Source of the DNA: Octopus vulgaris
Taxonomy: Eukaryota
Assembly: GCA_951406725.2 (NCBI GenBank)
Contig: OX597817.1
Location: 116,126,001-116,190,000 of the forward strand
DNA: 64,000 nucleotides
Direction: 5' to 3'
In this document: piece after piece, positions 11,545 to 24,733 of the stretch
Position numbering within the stretch: position 1 is the first letter of the stretch
How the letters are laid out: every line of letters begins with the position of its first letter
Made by a program: the position numbers and the translations under genes
The notes under the pieces: model-generated
Database searches by the model: none
What the model saw: the letters and a program-made list of their open reading frames with translations, nothing else
What the model was told of the DNA's origin: nothing

Positions 11545-13651
11545 ATTAAGATTCAGTTGAATTAGCTGCTTAAAATTGAGGTACCTAGTTAGGTCTGAGT
11601 AGCATGCATACTCAACAATGTTAAGTGAATATCAGATGTGGTGCTAAGGTTCCGGCCACATGATATTCTTGCAGTGTATGCAGATCGTAAAACCCACCTG
11701 AGAGAAGAAATCCGTTCGTAGCTATTCAGACATGTATTTTATATTAAAGATACTGTGTATAATATTCGCGAAGCGTGGATTCCAGGTGAGTAACAATTTT
11801 ATGGCGCCATTTTATGGAGCTTTCTAACAACTCCTTTGATTGATTAATGAGAACATTACATCATTGTAAAGAAACCGCCATCGTCAGATGAATTTATGAT
11901 CTTCAAATATAAAGGATAGTTCGACTTATTCAACATAATTAACACATTCAAGGAGTTCAAATATTTACATTGATCCTGATACAATTCAGCTGGCAGGACG
12001 AAGTTATCAGTATAGTGTACATTTGGTCAGGATAAAGAACTTAGGGGTTATTAGTTTTTGGAAGGGGGATGATATAATTGACACAAATGACCCAGTTATT
12101 TAAACTTCTAACAATAGGATCGGCTCTGACCGTGTAGATTGTAATCTTAAGGAATATGTTTATGTACCCTAGTCAGAAGTGAGAGAAGCAATTACTGTCA
12201 GGTCAGCTTACTGAATTACCAAAAGGAGTGGGACTATATGACAGCTTAATCTTCGTGAATGGGCAAAGCGTATTAATAAGGGAGTGAGTGATAAGGAGAG
12301 GATTATAATGAGAAGAAAGAGATAGAGGAGGCTGTATTTACTTATATTCATTACCTTACAAAATATATTGAAAAATGATTGAATAAAATTTTAAAATAAA
12401 ATAAAATAAGGATGGTAATCATCCACAATAGAAACGAGGATTATTATAATTTAGCATAGTTATACACCTACTAACTTGGCATCGAAATCCCGATGCTGAG
12501 TTAGATTTCCTGATTTAGATACGCACACACACATACACACACACGCACACACACACATGTACATACATACACGTATAAATACATATACATATGCATGCAT
12601 TCTTATATACATACGCACACACAAGTACACACACATATATGTATGATGTATGAAGTATGGTGTATATTTATATATATGCTTACATACTCTACTTTAAAAA
12701 TATTTCATGACCTATCCATTGCAGTAGTAAACTTGGATCATAGAAACTGATTTTTTACATCTAAAAGTAGTCTAGAGCTAGTGAAAGATCCCCTAATTCA
12801 ATATACTAGTCACGATCGCTTTACAGCTTCCAATAAAATAGAGTCAATAAACTGCGAATTATCCGAAAATGTTCGTATGAAAAATCTATGTATAAGAGTG
12901 TGTGATGGGACTTAGCGTCCTTTCGAAACTGGAGTGTTCTATTCACAATCAGTAAATTTGCTATCTGAATGTGTTCAGTAGATTGATGGACCTATCACTA
13001 GCTAAACTGTGAAGTTTCAAGAATACTCATTTACTAGACTTGTCAATTGAAGAGTTTTAGATGCACATCACATCCCCGGGTTTCACAGCCCATCATTGGT
13101 ATGAATACTTTCTGGAGGGAGCAAGTAAGAAAGACCGACTCAGCTAGCGCCCACGTCAGGGATTCTATGGACGTCAGCTGATTTTACTGGCCAGATTTTT
13201 TCCTCTTTCTTCTGATCACGAATTGTTGCCGCCCTTAACTACTTTAGTAGACTCCTAAATATTAGATTTAAATCTGAACTAAGCAGTGGCAGTCCCTCTG
13301 ACTTATCTCCTTTCTCTCTCTCCCTCTCTCTAAATCTAACTCAGCATCGAAGTCCCATCGGGATTTCGATGCTGAGTTAGATGAAAGCATCTACAAAATG
13401 TTATTACATATAGCTTCTGAATCGATTACAAATTACATAGTTTGTACTACTGTCTACATTTTGCTGAAAAATTACATAATATACCAAACATTATGAATTG
13501 ATTAAGGCTCACTTATCAGAGTTGAATAAATTGTAGTTAAGCATAATTATATTTGGCGTGTCCGTGTACATTCAGGCATGTAAAGACAATAGCACAAGTT
13601 GTCTTGGGAGAAGTAGAAATGTTTATATTTTGACGATTTTAATATTTCTTT

Positions 13652-13709
<58 letters not shown>

Positions 13710-13827
13710 ATATAGAAATTGCTGGAACAAGATCACTTGTAAACTGAGAGCGCCATTAGTGTTATTATGTTTCCTACATATTTTTTGTTTGGTTTAAAAT
13801 ATATATTGTAATATATATGTGTAGGAA

Positions 13828-14040
13828 GGCTGTGAGCTGGCAGAAACGTTAGCACGCCCAGTTAAATGCATATCGGTATTTCGTCTATTTTTACGCTCTG
13901 AGTTTAAATTCCACCGAGGTCGACTTTGCATTTCATTCTTTTCGGGGTCAATAAATTAAGTACCAGTTGCGTACTTGGGTCGATCTAATTGACTTGCCTC
14001 TTCCCCAAACTTTTCGGGCCTTGTGCCTAGGGTAGAAAAG
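13828..14040 (+). mobile_element. tRNA-derived SINE (family C)
   Basis: ggctgtgagctggcagaaacgttagcacgcc...tctgagtttaaattccaccgaggtcgactttgc...aagtaccagttgcgtac is homologous to 33845-34066 (-) and 36783-36990. Confidence 0.88.
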
Positions 14041-14426
14041 AATATTTTTAATTTGAAAAATTTCGCCTTCAATATATTTAACTAATGCTCTTGTTGTATT
14101 CGTTTTAGAGCTACATGTAAGTGATACTGAAGTATAAAGTTATGAATGTATGTTTATTACATAAAACAGACAAAAGATTTTAGTTTCTAATTGCAAATTC
14201 CGATTGGATCGAGTTGACAAATGCTAAAGGCCTTCGACTTTATTTTACTTGACACAGGTAATATGCAGTATTCATGCCGAAGACACTTATTTTACGTCAT
14301 CTACGTTCTTCAGTTACAATCAGTCACAGGCGAGATTGCCCGGCAATAATCACCAGGAGGATCTGTTGCCCTTTAAGTTTCGTATATGCTCAATTACTTG
14401 TTATTTTCTGATATATATATATATAT

Positions 14427-14644
14427 AAGATACTCAGAAATATGGATGGTATTAAATTTACAGATTTCTATTAATATGTCACACGTTTTTATAAATCATA
14501 CATTATAGCGCTTGCATCTACTCTAGTAGAATCTCTGGGGATTCTACTAAAATAGATGCAAGCGCTAATATATGATTTATAAAAACATGTGATATATTAA
14601 TAACAATCTGTAAATGTAAAACCATCCAGATTTCTGAGTACCTT
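14427..14644. repeat. ~220-bp imperfect palindrome
   Basis: aagatactcagaaatatggatggt...tagtagaatc pairs with gattctacta...accatccagatttctgagtacctt, centred near 14536. Confidence 0.93.
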
Positions 14645-14859
14645 ATTTCTTGTAATATATAATACCTGTACATCACCTCGAAAGCTTCTAATATATATAT
14701 ATATATACACGTGAGGGAACAACACACAGGTATATTAGTTCGACGCTGAGGAAGAGTCTATGACGATTCGCTGCTCTTCGGCAGAAAGAAAGGATGGGAA
14801 AGAAAATGAACGTAATGACCTTGGGCAAGTGTCTTCTATCATAGCCACGGACAGACACA

Positions 14860-15180
14860 CATGTTTTATCTGTTCCAGTCACTTGACTGCAGCCATGTTG
14901 GGGAATCACATTCATGATTTACTTATTCGAAGAAATCACCACAGACTTATTTCTTTTTAATCCCGGGACTTATTCCATTAGTCTTAGGGGGGCGTGAATA
15001 TAACAACACCGGTTGCTACCTGATGGTGGTGGGGCAACACAAAGATAAATTACATATAGATAGGGCGGTCTTCTTTCAATTTCCTATTACCAAATCCACT
15101 CACAAGGATTTGGTCGGGTCGAGGCTATAGTAGAAGACAACCCAGAACCATGTGATTGTGAAGCAAGTTTCTTATACTGT
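14860..15180 (-). mobile_element. SINE family B, degenerate
   Basis: cagtcacttgactgcagccatg...caaatccactcacaagg...gaggctatagtagaagac...ccagaaccatgtg matches 39090-39440. Confidence 0.78.
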
Positions 15181-15295
15181 CACGTCTCTACGTGAGTAAA
15201 AAGATTGTCTTAGTGAGATTTGAATTGAAAACTTAGAGATCCGGGATAAAGTATCTAATCTACTTAAGCATCGTTGACCGGCGCGCTAAATATTC

Positions 15296-15371
<76 letters not shown>

Positions 15372-15448
15372 GTAGGAAGAACTGGAGCTGAACGAAGATT
15401 TAACAAAATATATATATATGTATATATATATATATGTGTATATATTTA

Positions 15449-16203
15449 TGTGTGTGTGCATATCCTTTAAGTTAGTATATGGGAAACGTATAGAATATGC
15501 ATATAAAAGCTCTTATTTTATTATGCCGGCTACCACCTGATGACACCAACTGGCGATACCAGTTTTTGGGAGTCGCACTGAACTGTGTCAATATAATGTA
15601 GGATAAATATACTAAAGATAATAATGATAAAAATTAATAATGCATGTATGGAATTTATAGGTACTTTAAGTCATAGATATATTAATCCACCCTCCGGGGG
15701 ACTTTTTTGGCACCTTGATAATATTTGTACATTTAATTGCTGATTCTAATAATTTTTATATTTTACGACTACTCATTTCTGTTGTGATTTTTGCTACCAG
15801 GTATCGGTTATCATTTGAATAATCCGTAATAAGATAATTCATTTATCTACTTCAATAATTATATATATATATGTATATATACATATGTGTGTGTGTGCAT
15901 ATCCTTTAAGTTAGTATACGGGAAACGTATAAAATATGCATATAAAAGCTCTTATTTTATTATGCCGGCTACCACCTAATGACACCAACTGGCGATACCA
16001 GTTTTGGGGAGTCGCACTGAACTGTGTCAATATAATGTAGGATAAATATACTAAAGATAATAATGATAAAATTAATAATGCATGTATGGAATTTATAGGT
16101 ACTTTAAGTCATAGATGTTTTAATCCACCCTCCGGGGGATTTTCTTGGCACCTTGATAATATTTGTACATTTAATTGCTGATTCTAATAATTTTTATATT
16201 TTA
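15449..16203. repeat. Direct duplication, ~317-bp unit with ~439-bp period
   Basis: 15449-15765 and 15888-16203 are near-identical, with few substitutions. Confidence 0.95.
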
Positions 16204-17372
16204 TGCCTAATCATTTCTTTGTATAATAGTGCTCACTTGCTTAGAAAATATTGCTTTCATTGTTTTATCGCAGTCATAATATATCTCTTTGAAACAAGCA
16301 CCATAGTAGAGGGAGAGAGAATTTGTAAGTTTTACCTTCCCCTCAAAGCAACATAGAGATTACAATTCACCAGATTTTCTGCATGCTTTGCAGTTTGTGT
16401 GTGCGAGAGAGAGAGAGAGAGGGGGGGAGAGAGAGAGAGAGAGAACATTGCAAACAATAAATGAAATAAACATGAAAGGAAAAAACGTATAAATGTATAC
16501 AGATGTATACGCCCCTGATTTTGTTGGCTCATAATATCCAGGAGAATGGATAGTTTTTAATAGAATCTTCCATAAATACAGTTTAGATGATGTGGCTTTA
16601 TGGGAAATAATTTTTCCGAAAAGGTGGAGAGAGAATTTTCGGAAATTTCACCGGATCTGACTATTTTCTCTCATAACTTTCAAGAATATGAATATGATTT
16701 TATGAAAATTTATACAAAGCCCTTTCGAACGGCATATTTTCGGGGATGTTCCCCATTTTTTTTCAACTACAACGTTTGAAATGACGGGGTTGTGGTGACA
16801 ACTTTTTCATGAAAACTTTTGAAATCTCATTTTTTTCATACAATCCCCTTCGTTCACCATCCCACTCCGGACCTATTTTGCACTTTAAAACCATGGGAAG
16901 AGCATTTTCGGTAAAAGGAATAAAAGAATTGATTTTTTTAGAGAGAAAAGTGAGTGATCTAAGGGCGATTTGGTTGTTGTTTCTACCGTACCCAACGAAA
17001 TCTCTCCTCGTTTCTTAACCGCTCTCACATGTGTTGATGATTTACAATATTTTTCCACATAACTACATTTTAATCATATAAAAAAGAAAATTTAAGAAAT
17101 TGTGAATGTTTTGCAACCCCACACCCTCCCCCCGATTGTTTCTGTTTAGAAATTAAAATACTGGAGATCCTGAGAAGGTCATTCTTGGCATTTATCAACA
17201 ATGATTTTTTAAAACTACGGAGATGTAACTGCAGAGCAAGTAACTTGATATGAGGTCGAGTGCTGAAACAAAAACAATTGCAGCATGGGAAATGTTTGTA
17301 AGCCATTCAAAAACACACAAAACTGTTTGTTTCCCTTCAACATTTAAATTTAATTTGTGCGAAAATATTTTA

Positions 17373-17468
17373 GTCGCTTTGAAACCGCGACCCGTTTACA
17401 GACAAAATTTCAGAAAAGTGATGTAGCACGAAGTTTTGTCAGTGAACAGGTCGCGGTTTCAAAGCGAC
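17373..17468. repeat. Inverted repeat (~39-bp arms), probably internal to a non-autonomous DNA element
   Basis: gtcgctttgaaaccgcgacccgtttacagacaaaatttc pairs with gaagttttgtcagtgaacaggtcgcggtttcaaagcgac. Confidence 0.85.
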
Positions 17469-18006
17469 GCTGAGTGTAAAAATTTAGATTACAATTTACT
17501 TTTGTTTTTCGTCCACCAATGGACGAAACTCGGTCCGGATAGTTGTTTTTGTAAGGCTTATAATGTTCCAAATAGCCATACGAACAAAATCACCTTTAAA
17601 TTTATTTTACAAAAATTATACAGGTGCTTTAAAACATTTTCATTCAATAAATAATGTTTTTTACATTACGCATACGTTAATAGAATATACTGTCGGATTT
17701 CGAAATAGTGAATTAAAACTTGAAATTAAAACATTAAAAGGGAAAGACTTTGCAAATAACAATGGAATACTCCGTAGGGAATGCAATGAATGTTTAAATT
17801 TGTAAAGAATTTGGACGCAGTGAATGCATGCGAGAATTTGGAGTTGGAAATATTCAATAAACTTGAGAAATCGAAATTATAGGAAATTTCTTTGACCACC
17901 AATTCATAAAAAATATTTCCAGACTCCCAGCCTTTTGATAATTGCTTTCCCTTTGCACTTTTAGTACTTGTTGCATAACTAATAAACAGCTTTCTCCGTT
18001 ATAGTG

Positions 18007-18096
<90 letters not shown>

Positions 18097-18609
18097 TGTA
18101 TCAAAATGGTTGTAATCGTTTAAATTATTATAATCAGTACCAATTGTTGGAAATTCCATTAAGTGTAATTAAAATCTATATCAAAACATACCATACTCCA
18201 GCATAATGATTCCCGTATCTCTCTTCGGTAAATACGATGAGCCATTATTGCTTGAGTAGGTATAAAATCGCAAGGTAGACGTGTCTCCCTTACTTGCAGA
18301 GAGATTAAAATTATATTGGTCATTAAATGAATATTCTAATCTCCGCACCGCTTTAATATTTTTCAGTTGATATTTAATGCTATGTATAAAATGTATTTAT
18401 TCTTAGTTAACTGTTGATTTCCATAGAGATTTATCTCTGAGAATTCAACCTTAGAGTATGATTAAACTAGCTGTTTCATGTTTTAAATTGCACTTATCCC
18501 ATAAAACACTATAAAACATCTTACATAAAAATAAAATCTCATAACAAAATATAATAAGTATTGACATTTAAACATTGTACTCCTTTGAAAAACTTATTAT
18601 CAAAAAGTG

Positions 18610-18852
<243 letters not shown>

Positions 18853-21800
18853 ATAGCGTTTGCTTATATTTTATTGCAGTAGATTAGTTAATAGTCTATG
18901 CATTAATATTTATGTCGAATCATTAACGATTATTAAGTACTTAAGAATGTAGGTGCACTTCCGGTGTAATGAAGTGTTACGTTGCGTCAATCCACAGCTG
19001 AATCATGCATAGTTCTATTAAACTATTTAAACCATTGGAAAATATATGAATATTACAGTCTCCTATTTTCTATTTCCTAATATGTGTATTTAAATAATTA
19101 CCTATCTATAACTTCAGGTTTACACCAATTATGTAATCACAAAGCCATCTAAGTTGAGGGGAAATGTTAATGTTTAAACATGTCTATGTGATTAAGGAAT
19201 TCCGTTCGCTGACACATGGCTACGTTTTCTACCTCTTTGTATGCAACCTGGACAAGTATTTTCAAGCAGTTTGAATAGTACTTTGTAAATTGAATTTGAC
19301 AGACAAACCCTGTGCATCGTCTGCAGCTTAAACGTGTGTGTTTGATTTTATGTGTGTGATACCACACTGCTCGTTAAAAAAAAATCACAGGTATGCGCTT
19401 GAGGTAATTTAGCAACTCTATAGATTCAAATCTATAGAATATGTATCTAGTTATAATTGGGCTTCTTGATTGACTGGAAAATCTTTGATATTTTTGCCAG
19501 AGAATGGTCATGTACAATATAATATTTTAAACCAGCAGAAGGAAAATAGAATACTCTTGAAGAAGGTAAAAACGTTTATCGCTCTTATTTATTTTTCTTC
19601 AATACACAGGAAATTTCGAGTCGTAAAGAGAAACGAAATGATATTTATCGAATATACTGATGGGAAGTATAGCCGACTAATAGAGAACTATTCTATATGT
19701 ATTAAATTAATTTTAGTAAAATCACTCATTTCACGGAACCAGTTACACTAACTTTGACTTTTGCGTATATCACTCTTTATTTTCGGAAAGTAAAATCAAT
19801 AATACACTAAGAGGGTTTTAAATGAAATTCTCACGTCAGAAGTATCCACTGTGATAACGCAATATTGAAAAGAAGCCTAAATAGTCTCTGTGGTTGTTTG
19901 GGCAGAAATATGATGAAATATAGTTTGGATATTCTAGTGCTGTTTTCGAAAAGTACACCACTGGTCACATTCCACTCCATTATGTCTTCCTAATTTTAAT
20001 TTGTACTGTACAATTTACTGAATTTTGGCTGTTTCTTCTCCCTAGTCGTACAATGACGTAGAAACTTGCATTTTGTTTCAGGAAATCTAAGTTAATGGAC
20101 TATTCATTGCACAGTATAATGTAAGGCTGAACTCATGTTATTTTTGATATTTATAATTGGAGCTTTATTAGCTATCTTCATCATTGTCAGGAATGTCATG
20201 ACTGACATATCGTCTGGTGTCAATTTGAGAATGAAGATTGTTAAAACAATTAATAGGAAAGTATGAATATCGATTGTTATCAACTACATACACGCCTCAA
20301 AGTTAGAAGTCATTAACCTATATTAGAAAAGGCACGTGGCTTGGTGGTTCAGGTATTGGATTCACAATCGCATGGTTGAATTAAGTCAGTGTTCTTAAAT
20401 CGGATGACGTGTTGTTCTCATGAACAAACACTCTGTTTATTGTTATTCCACTCTACAAACAATGAATACCGGTACCAGTTGGGGCGTAACCTACGACTAA
20501 TTAGCATTCCTTTCAATGCAGATATTTATGGAAATATTGGCTCATGAAAAAACTAATTCTATGCTACACATTGTGATTTAGTCTTAAGTGGCTGAGAAGT
20601 CGTGACATTTCTGACATGCCTGAAATAAAGGTGCTATATTTGCAAATGATATCCAGCTTCAACTACTCTACATTAAATGCAGAAAATAGAATGAAAGTAA
20701 GATGAGCGTAGTTATGGTCTAAATATGATTATGTAAAATAGTTAAAAGTTTGCTTAACAATATGAGTCAATAAGGCTGGCAAAAAAATGAGACAAGGATG
20801 GAAAGATAACGCACAGAATCTTGTACAACAGATTAGGAACATTTGTACGAAAGGTAGAAGTGAAACAATGTTATAAGAATGCTTGTAAGGGAGATGGTAG
20901 TGACCAGGCACTTTATTATTTTAGGTTTTCGCTAATGTTTTTGTTTGGCTTCAAACCAGCCGTAAATATCATGTCAGTATCTTTTTGACCTCACTAGCTC
21001 TCGGTTCATATTACTTAAGAAACCTTTGCGTATTAATTTTTAATTGCAAAATGTATATTGCTCGCAATCGTTCAAAATCGAAGCCCAATAACTGTTCAGA
21101 TTTACAACAATTCAGATTAGTGAAATCAGTGCATCGTTGAATATCATTTGTTTTTTCCAGTAATAAAAAAGAATGGTTATGGACTCATATACTAATCATG
21201 AAACCGGTTTTTTCTCTGCGTATACACGCCAACCTTACGCCATATTTACGCATATTCCTACGAGACATTTCAAGAGATATGAGCAATATTGAATGGTTCT
21301 GCAAATCAAGTAGTGTAAACTTTCTATGATGTATTGATCTCCTATAGAACAGTATACATATTATTAAAAAAATTCAATTATTTTTCTCTAAGGGCTATTG
21401 TTTAATTGAGCTATATGTAAGCCATATAGATGAGTTTTCCTATATATCTCTTCACATATTATGAGCTGTTAATAAACAGCTCATAATATTTTTCTTTCTT
21501 GCATCTCTTATTATAAAAGGCAGATTTTATCTGCCTCCCTTTGTAACTTATAGAAATCTACAATATAGGATTTCTTCAATTACAATTTACCTAGCATTTT
21601 TAAGAGTAGAATGCATCGGGTCATGCCAGGTCCAGTTTTTAAAATTTAAACTCCAATTAAGCAAAATTTACAGAAAACTCACATTCTGGTGTGTATGTCA
21701 AATGCTTTTCTTAATGTGGTTTACACCACACGCACACGCACACACACAGTGTGCAACGAATAAAATGAAAGTAAATAGCGACAGAGTGATTTGAGGAAGA

Positions 21801-22414
21801 CTAAACTGAAAGTATTTAAACCACTACTCAAAAAATAAAAAAACACAGCAAACAGAAACAAATAAATACATAACGATTTACTCCTCACACAATTTCTTCA
21901 ATTAGAGTGTACCCATGATTTTTCAGAGTACTTCAGTGTGTGATGCCATAAAAAATTTCTTTCAATTTTACCACCAATTAAGACAAAATTCGAGAAAACT
22001 CAATATTTTAACATATCACTCCGAAAGCATTGATGTACATGTGTGCGTGCGTGAGTGTGTGTGTGTCATTCCTCATACACACGCATACACATACATATAT
22101 ATGAGAGTGGCAAACACAAACGTTTCAAACAACTACATACAAACACGTGTGTGTTTGTTATTAGTAAAAAAGGCGCCAAAACACAACTCACTTATCATTC
22201 CAACACATTTGCAAAGACACACGGACGGTGGAATTGCTATAACAATACAGAAAAGGTAAATTGGTTTTTATTTTACTCTGTATATATTTTATTATATAAT
22301 ATTATATATAGATATATGTATATATAATTGCAGTATGAAACAGTGTTTATGTATAAACAGACGACACTTATATATAGTTATTATAATAAGAGATTAATAA
22401 ATGTATGCATCCGT

Positions 22415-22740
22415 TTAACCCTTTCGTTACCAAACCGCCCGAATTTACCTATTCATATTTAAATGAGAATATCAGAGCAAATCTCTTTAGTACATTCGTG
22501 AAAACACGTATTATACTTCGTAAACACTTCAACTACAGTTTTCTACAAAAATCGAAGTGTAATTTTAATTCCGTGAATTATGGGAGATTTTTTTCCGAAA
22601 TTTGTTCCTATTGTGTTTTCAAAATTTATAATTCTGACAAAAAATGGATACGAATTTCATTATATCAAGCAGCGAGTCAGAATTCGAAGGATTTTCTACT
22701 GAAGACCTTCATAAATCTAAGTCTATGATTGAAAAAAAAG
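22415..22740 (+). mobile_element. Possible piggyBac-type MITE end
   Basis: Starts TTAA|CCCTTTCGTTACC. The matching right TIR was not seen. Confidence 0.4.
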
Positions 22741-22742
22741 CA

Positions 22743-23134
22743 TCTTTATATAAGAGTGAAGTGTGTGTCTGTCTCCTACGATTTAGATTCCTAACTACTC
22801 CCACATTTTGCGGTGCAGTTTAACCAAAAGCGGGTATCTTATAGTCGTGATTCATATCGAGCCATTCTGGGTATTAGCGCGCGTCTACGATGAGTCTACG
22901 ATTTTAAAAAAATTACCATCATATTTTTCCATTTTAATGCATTTTTTTCGCTTTTATATAAGGGAAGTAACTCTCTAAAAATATCTACGATGTGTCAACG
23001 ATTTAAAAAAGATTTACCTTAATTTTTTTAAAATTTTTAATGCATGTTTTTGCTATTTTTTGGCTATAACTCTCTAAAAATGCTTATATAGTTATTTCCC
23101 TTACAACCCGAGCAACGCCGGGCGATACTGCTAG
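22743..23134 (+). mobile_element. Non-autonomous Helitron (same family as 7368-7880)
   Basis: A|TC 5' end, shared gatttagattcctaactactcccacattttgcggtgc body, hairpin cccgagcaacgccggg, and CTAG|T at 23131-23134. Confidence 0.9.
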
Positions 23135-23478
23135 TTGTTAATAAATTGTCCCGTCTAGAGTGAGGAACATGTTCTAGAATAGCTTGGAATTAAACGACAC
23201 ACAGCTATTTAAAACCTTGGCAAAACACCTTAATGGAGTAGGAGAAAATATAAGAAACAACTTGACCGCCTGATAACCAAGGTCCCAGATGAACCTATAT
23301 CACGGCAGGACATTCAAAATTGAGTAGCAGTGTTAAACTCACTCCTTCATCAAAAGCCACCCACATACGATTGGCCGTTAAAAGGTGATTATATTGGCGG
23401 TGATCCAGCATGGCCAGAGCCTTTGGGGGCGAAACGTTTAAAACAATAAAAGAGTAAAACAATATATATTCCAGTTCT

Positions 23479-23574
23479 ATATTTAACAGGCGAGGAATTT
23501 TGTACATTATTTACATTAATTACATTCGACGGATATTTATCCTCGTCTTGTTTGTTGTTAATACAATGTTTCGG
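23479..23574 (-). mobile_element. Solo 3' tail of the HHR-bearing element family seen at 42617-43051
   Basis: gaggaattttgtacattatttac...gacggatatttatcctcgtcttgtttgttgttaatacaatgtttcgg is homologous to 42620-42712. Confidence 0.85.
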
Positions 23575-24667
23575 AGATCTTTTCACGTACAGATTTAAAA
23601 ACAAGTTTGTGTAACTAAACACTTTCAAACTTCGGACAATGGTAGAATGTGTCATATAAAACATGTTTTATTCTTAGCATTTTTAAGAAAAAACTTATAC
23701 TTACGAAGTTATTTCACGTTAAAGTTCTCGTATTTCGGTAGTTCCAAGCAATCAATGACCTGTATTCAGCTGAATAAAATTACTACAGTTTTTTGTCAAC
23801 AACAACTATCGGCGGTGTATTTTTCGTTTGTCACTGTCTCTTCCTGTTTCTTGAGTAACGCTGGCATCCTGTCCAGCTGGGTGGGGGGCACATACGCCAT
23901 AGAAACCGGGAAACCGGGCCCATGAGCCTGGCTAGGCTTGAAAAGGGCGCATAAAAATAAATAAATATATAAATACAAAGTTGTATACTAAATACAAAGT
24001 AGGATATATAAATGAAATGCACTGAGATATATAAATTAATTTAGTGAACAAACGATAACTACATTACTAGAATATAATTAGACACTAAGTAAGCTAAATA
24101 TTTATTTTTTCCGATTTTTATAACATGTCAAATTCATTTTATTACAATCGTTTCGCAAATGTTCATGTAGAATAAAACAACACTTATTCGAATCCGCTAA
24201 GACTTCAGGTAAAAATATTTGCCGAGTGTATTAATAGATCATGGGTTTAAATAGTCTGAACGGAATATTCTTGAGGATTGCAATACTGTGATAATCATTA
24301 AATTGTTTGTTGCAATCGTATGCATTCATATCGATCGTTAATGTATTTCAGAAAAGTATCGCTAAGGAGTTTCAAATATATTTGATAACATTGCCATATT
24401 TAAAAGACGATAGCAAACGAATGGTATATTTTTCTATTATGTATGCATGCACATCTCTCTCTCTCTCTCTCTCTCTTTTCTCTCTCTTTTTCATTATACA
24501 TACTTATATATGTGACTGTGTGCCTGCAAACAAACATACATGCTTACACACGCACACACACACACACACACACACATATTATTAAAAAAATATATACATA
24601 CATGCATACATACATATATATACATATATATATAAACATGCATATACATATATATATATATATATAT

Positions 24668-24733
<66 letters not shown>

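Noticed and set aside
14109-14122. Possible microexon (ttttag|agctacat|gtaagt)
   Set aside because: 8 nt, not frame-preserving, and untestable without RNA data.
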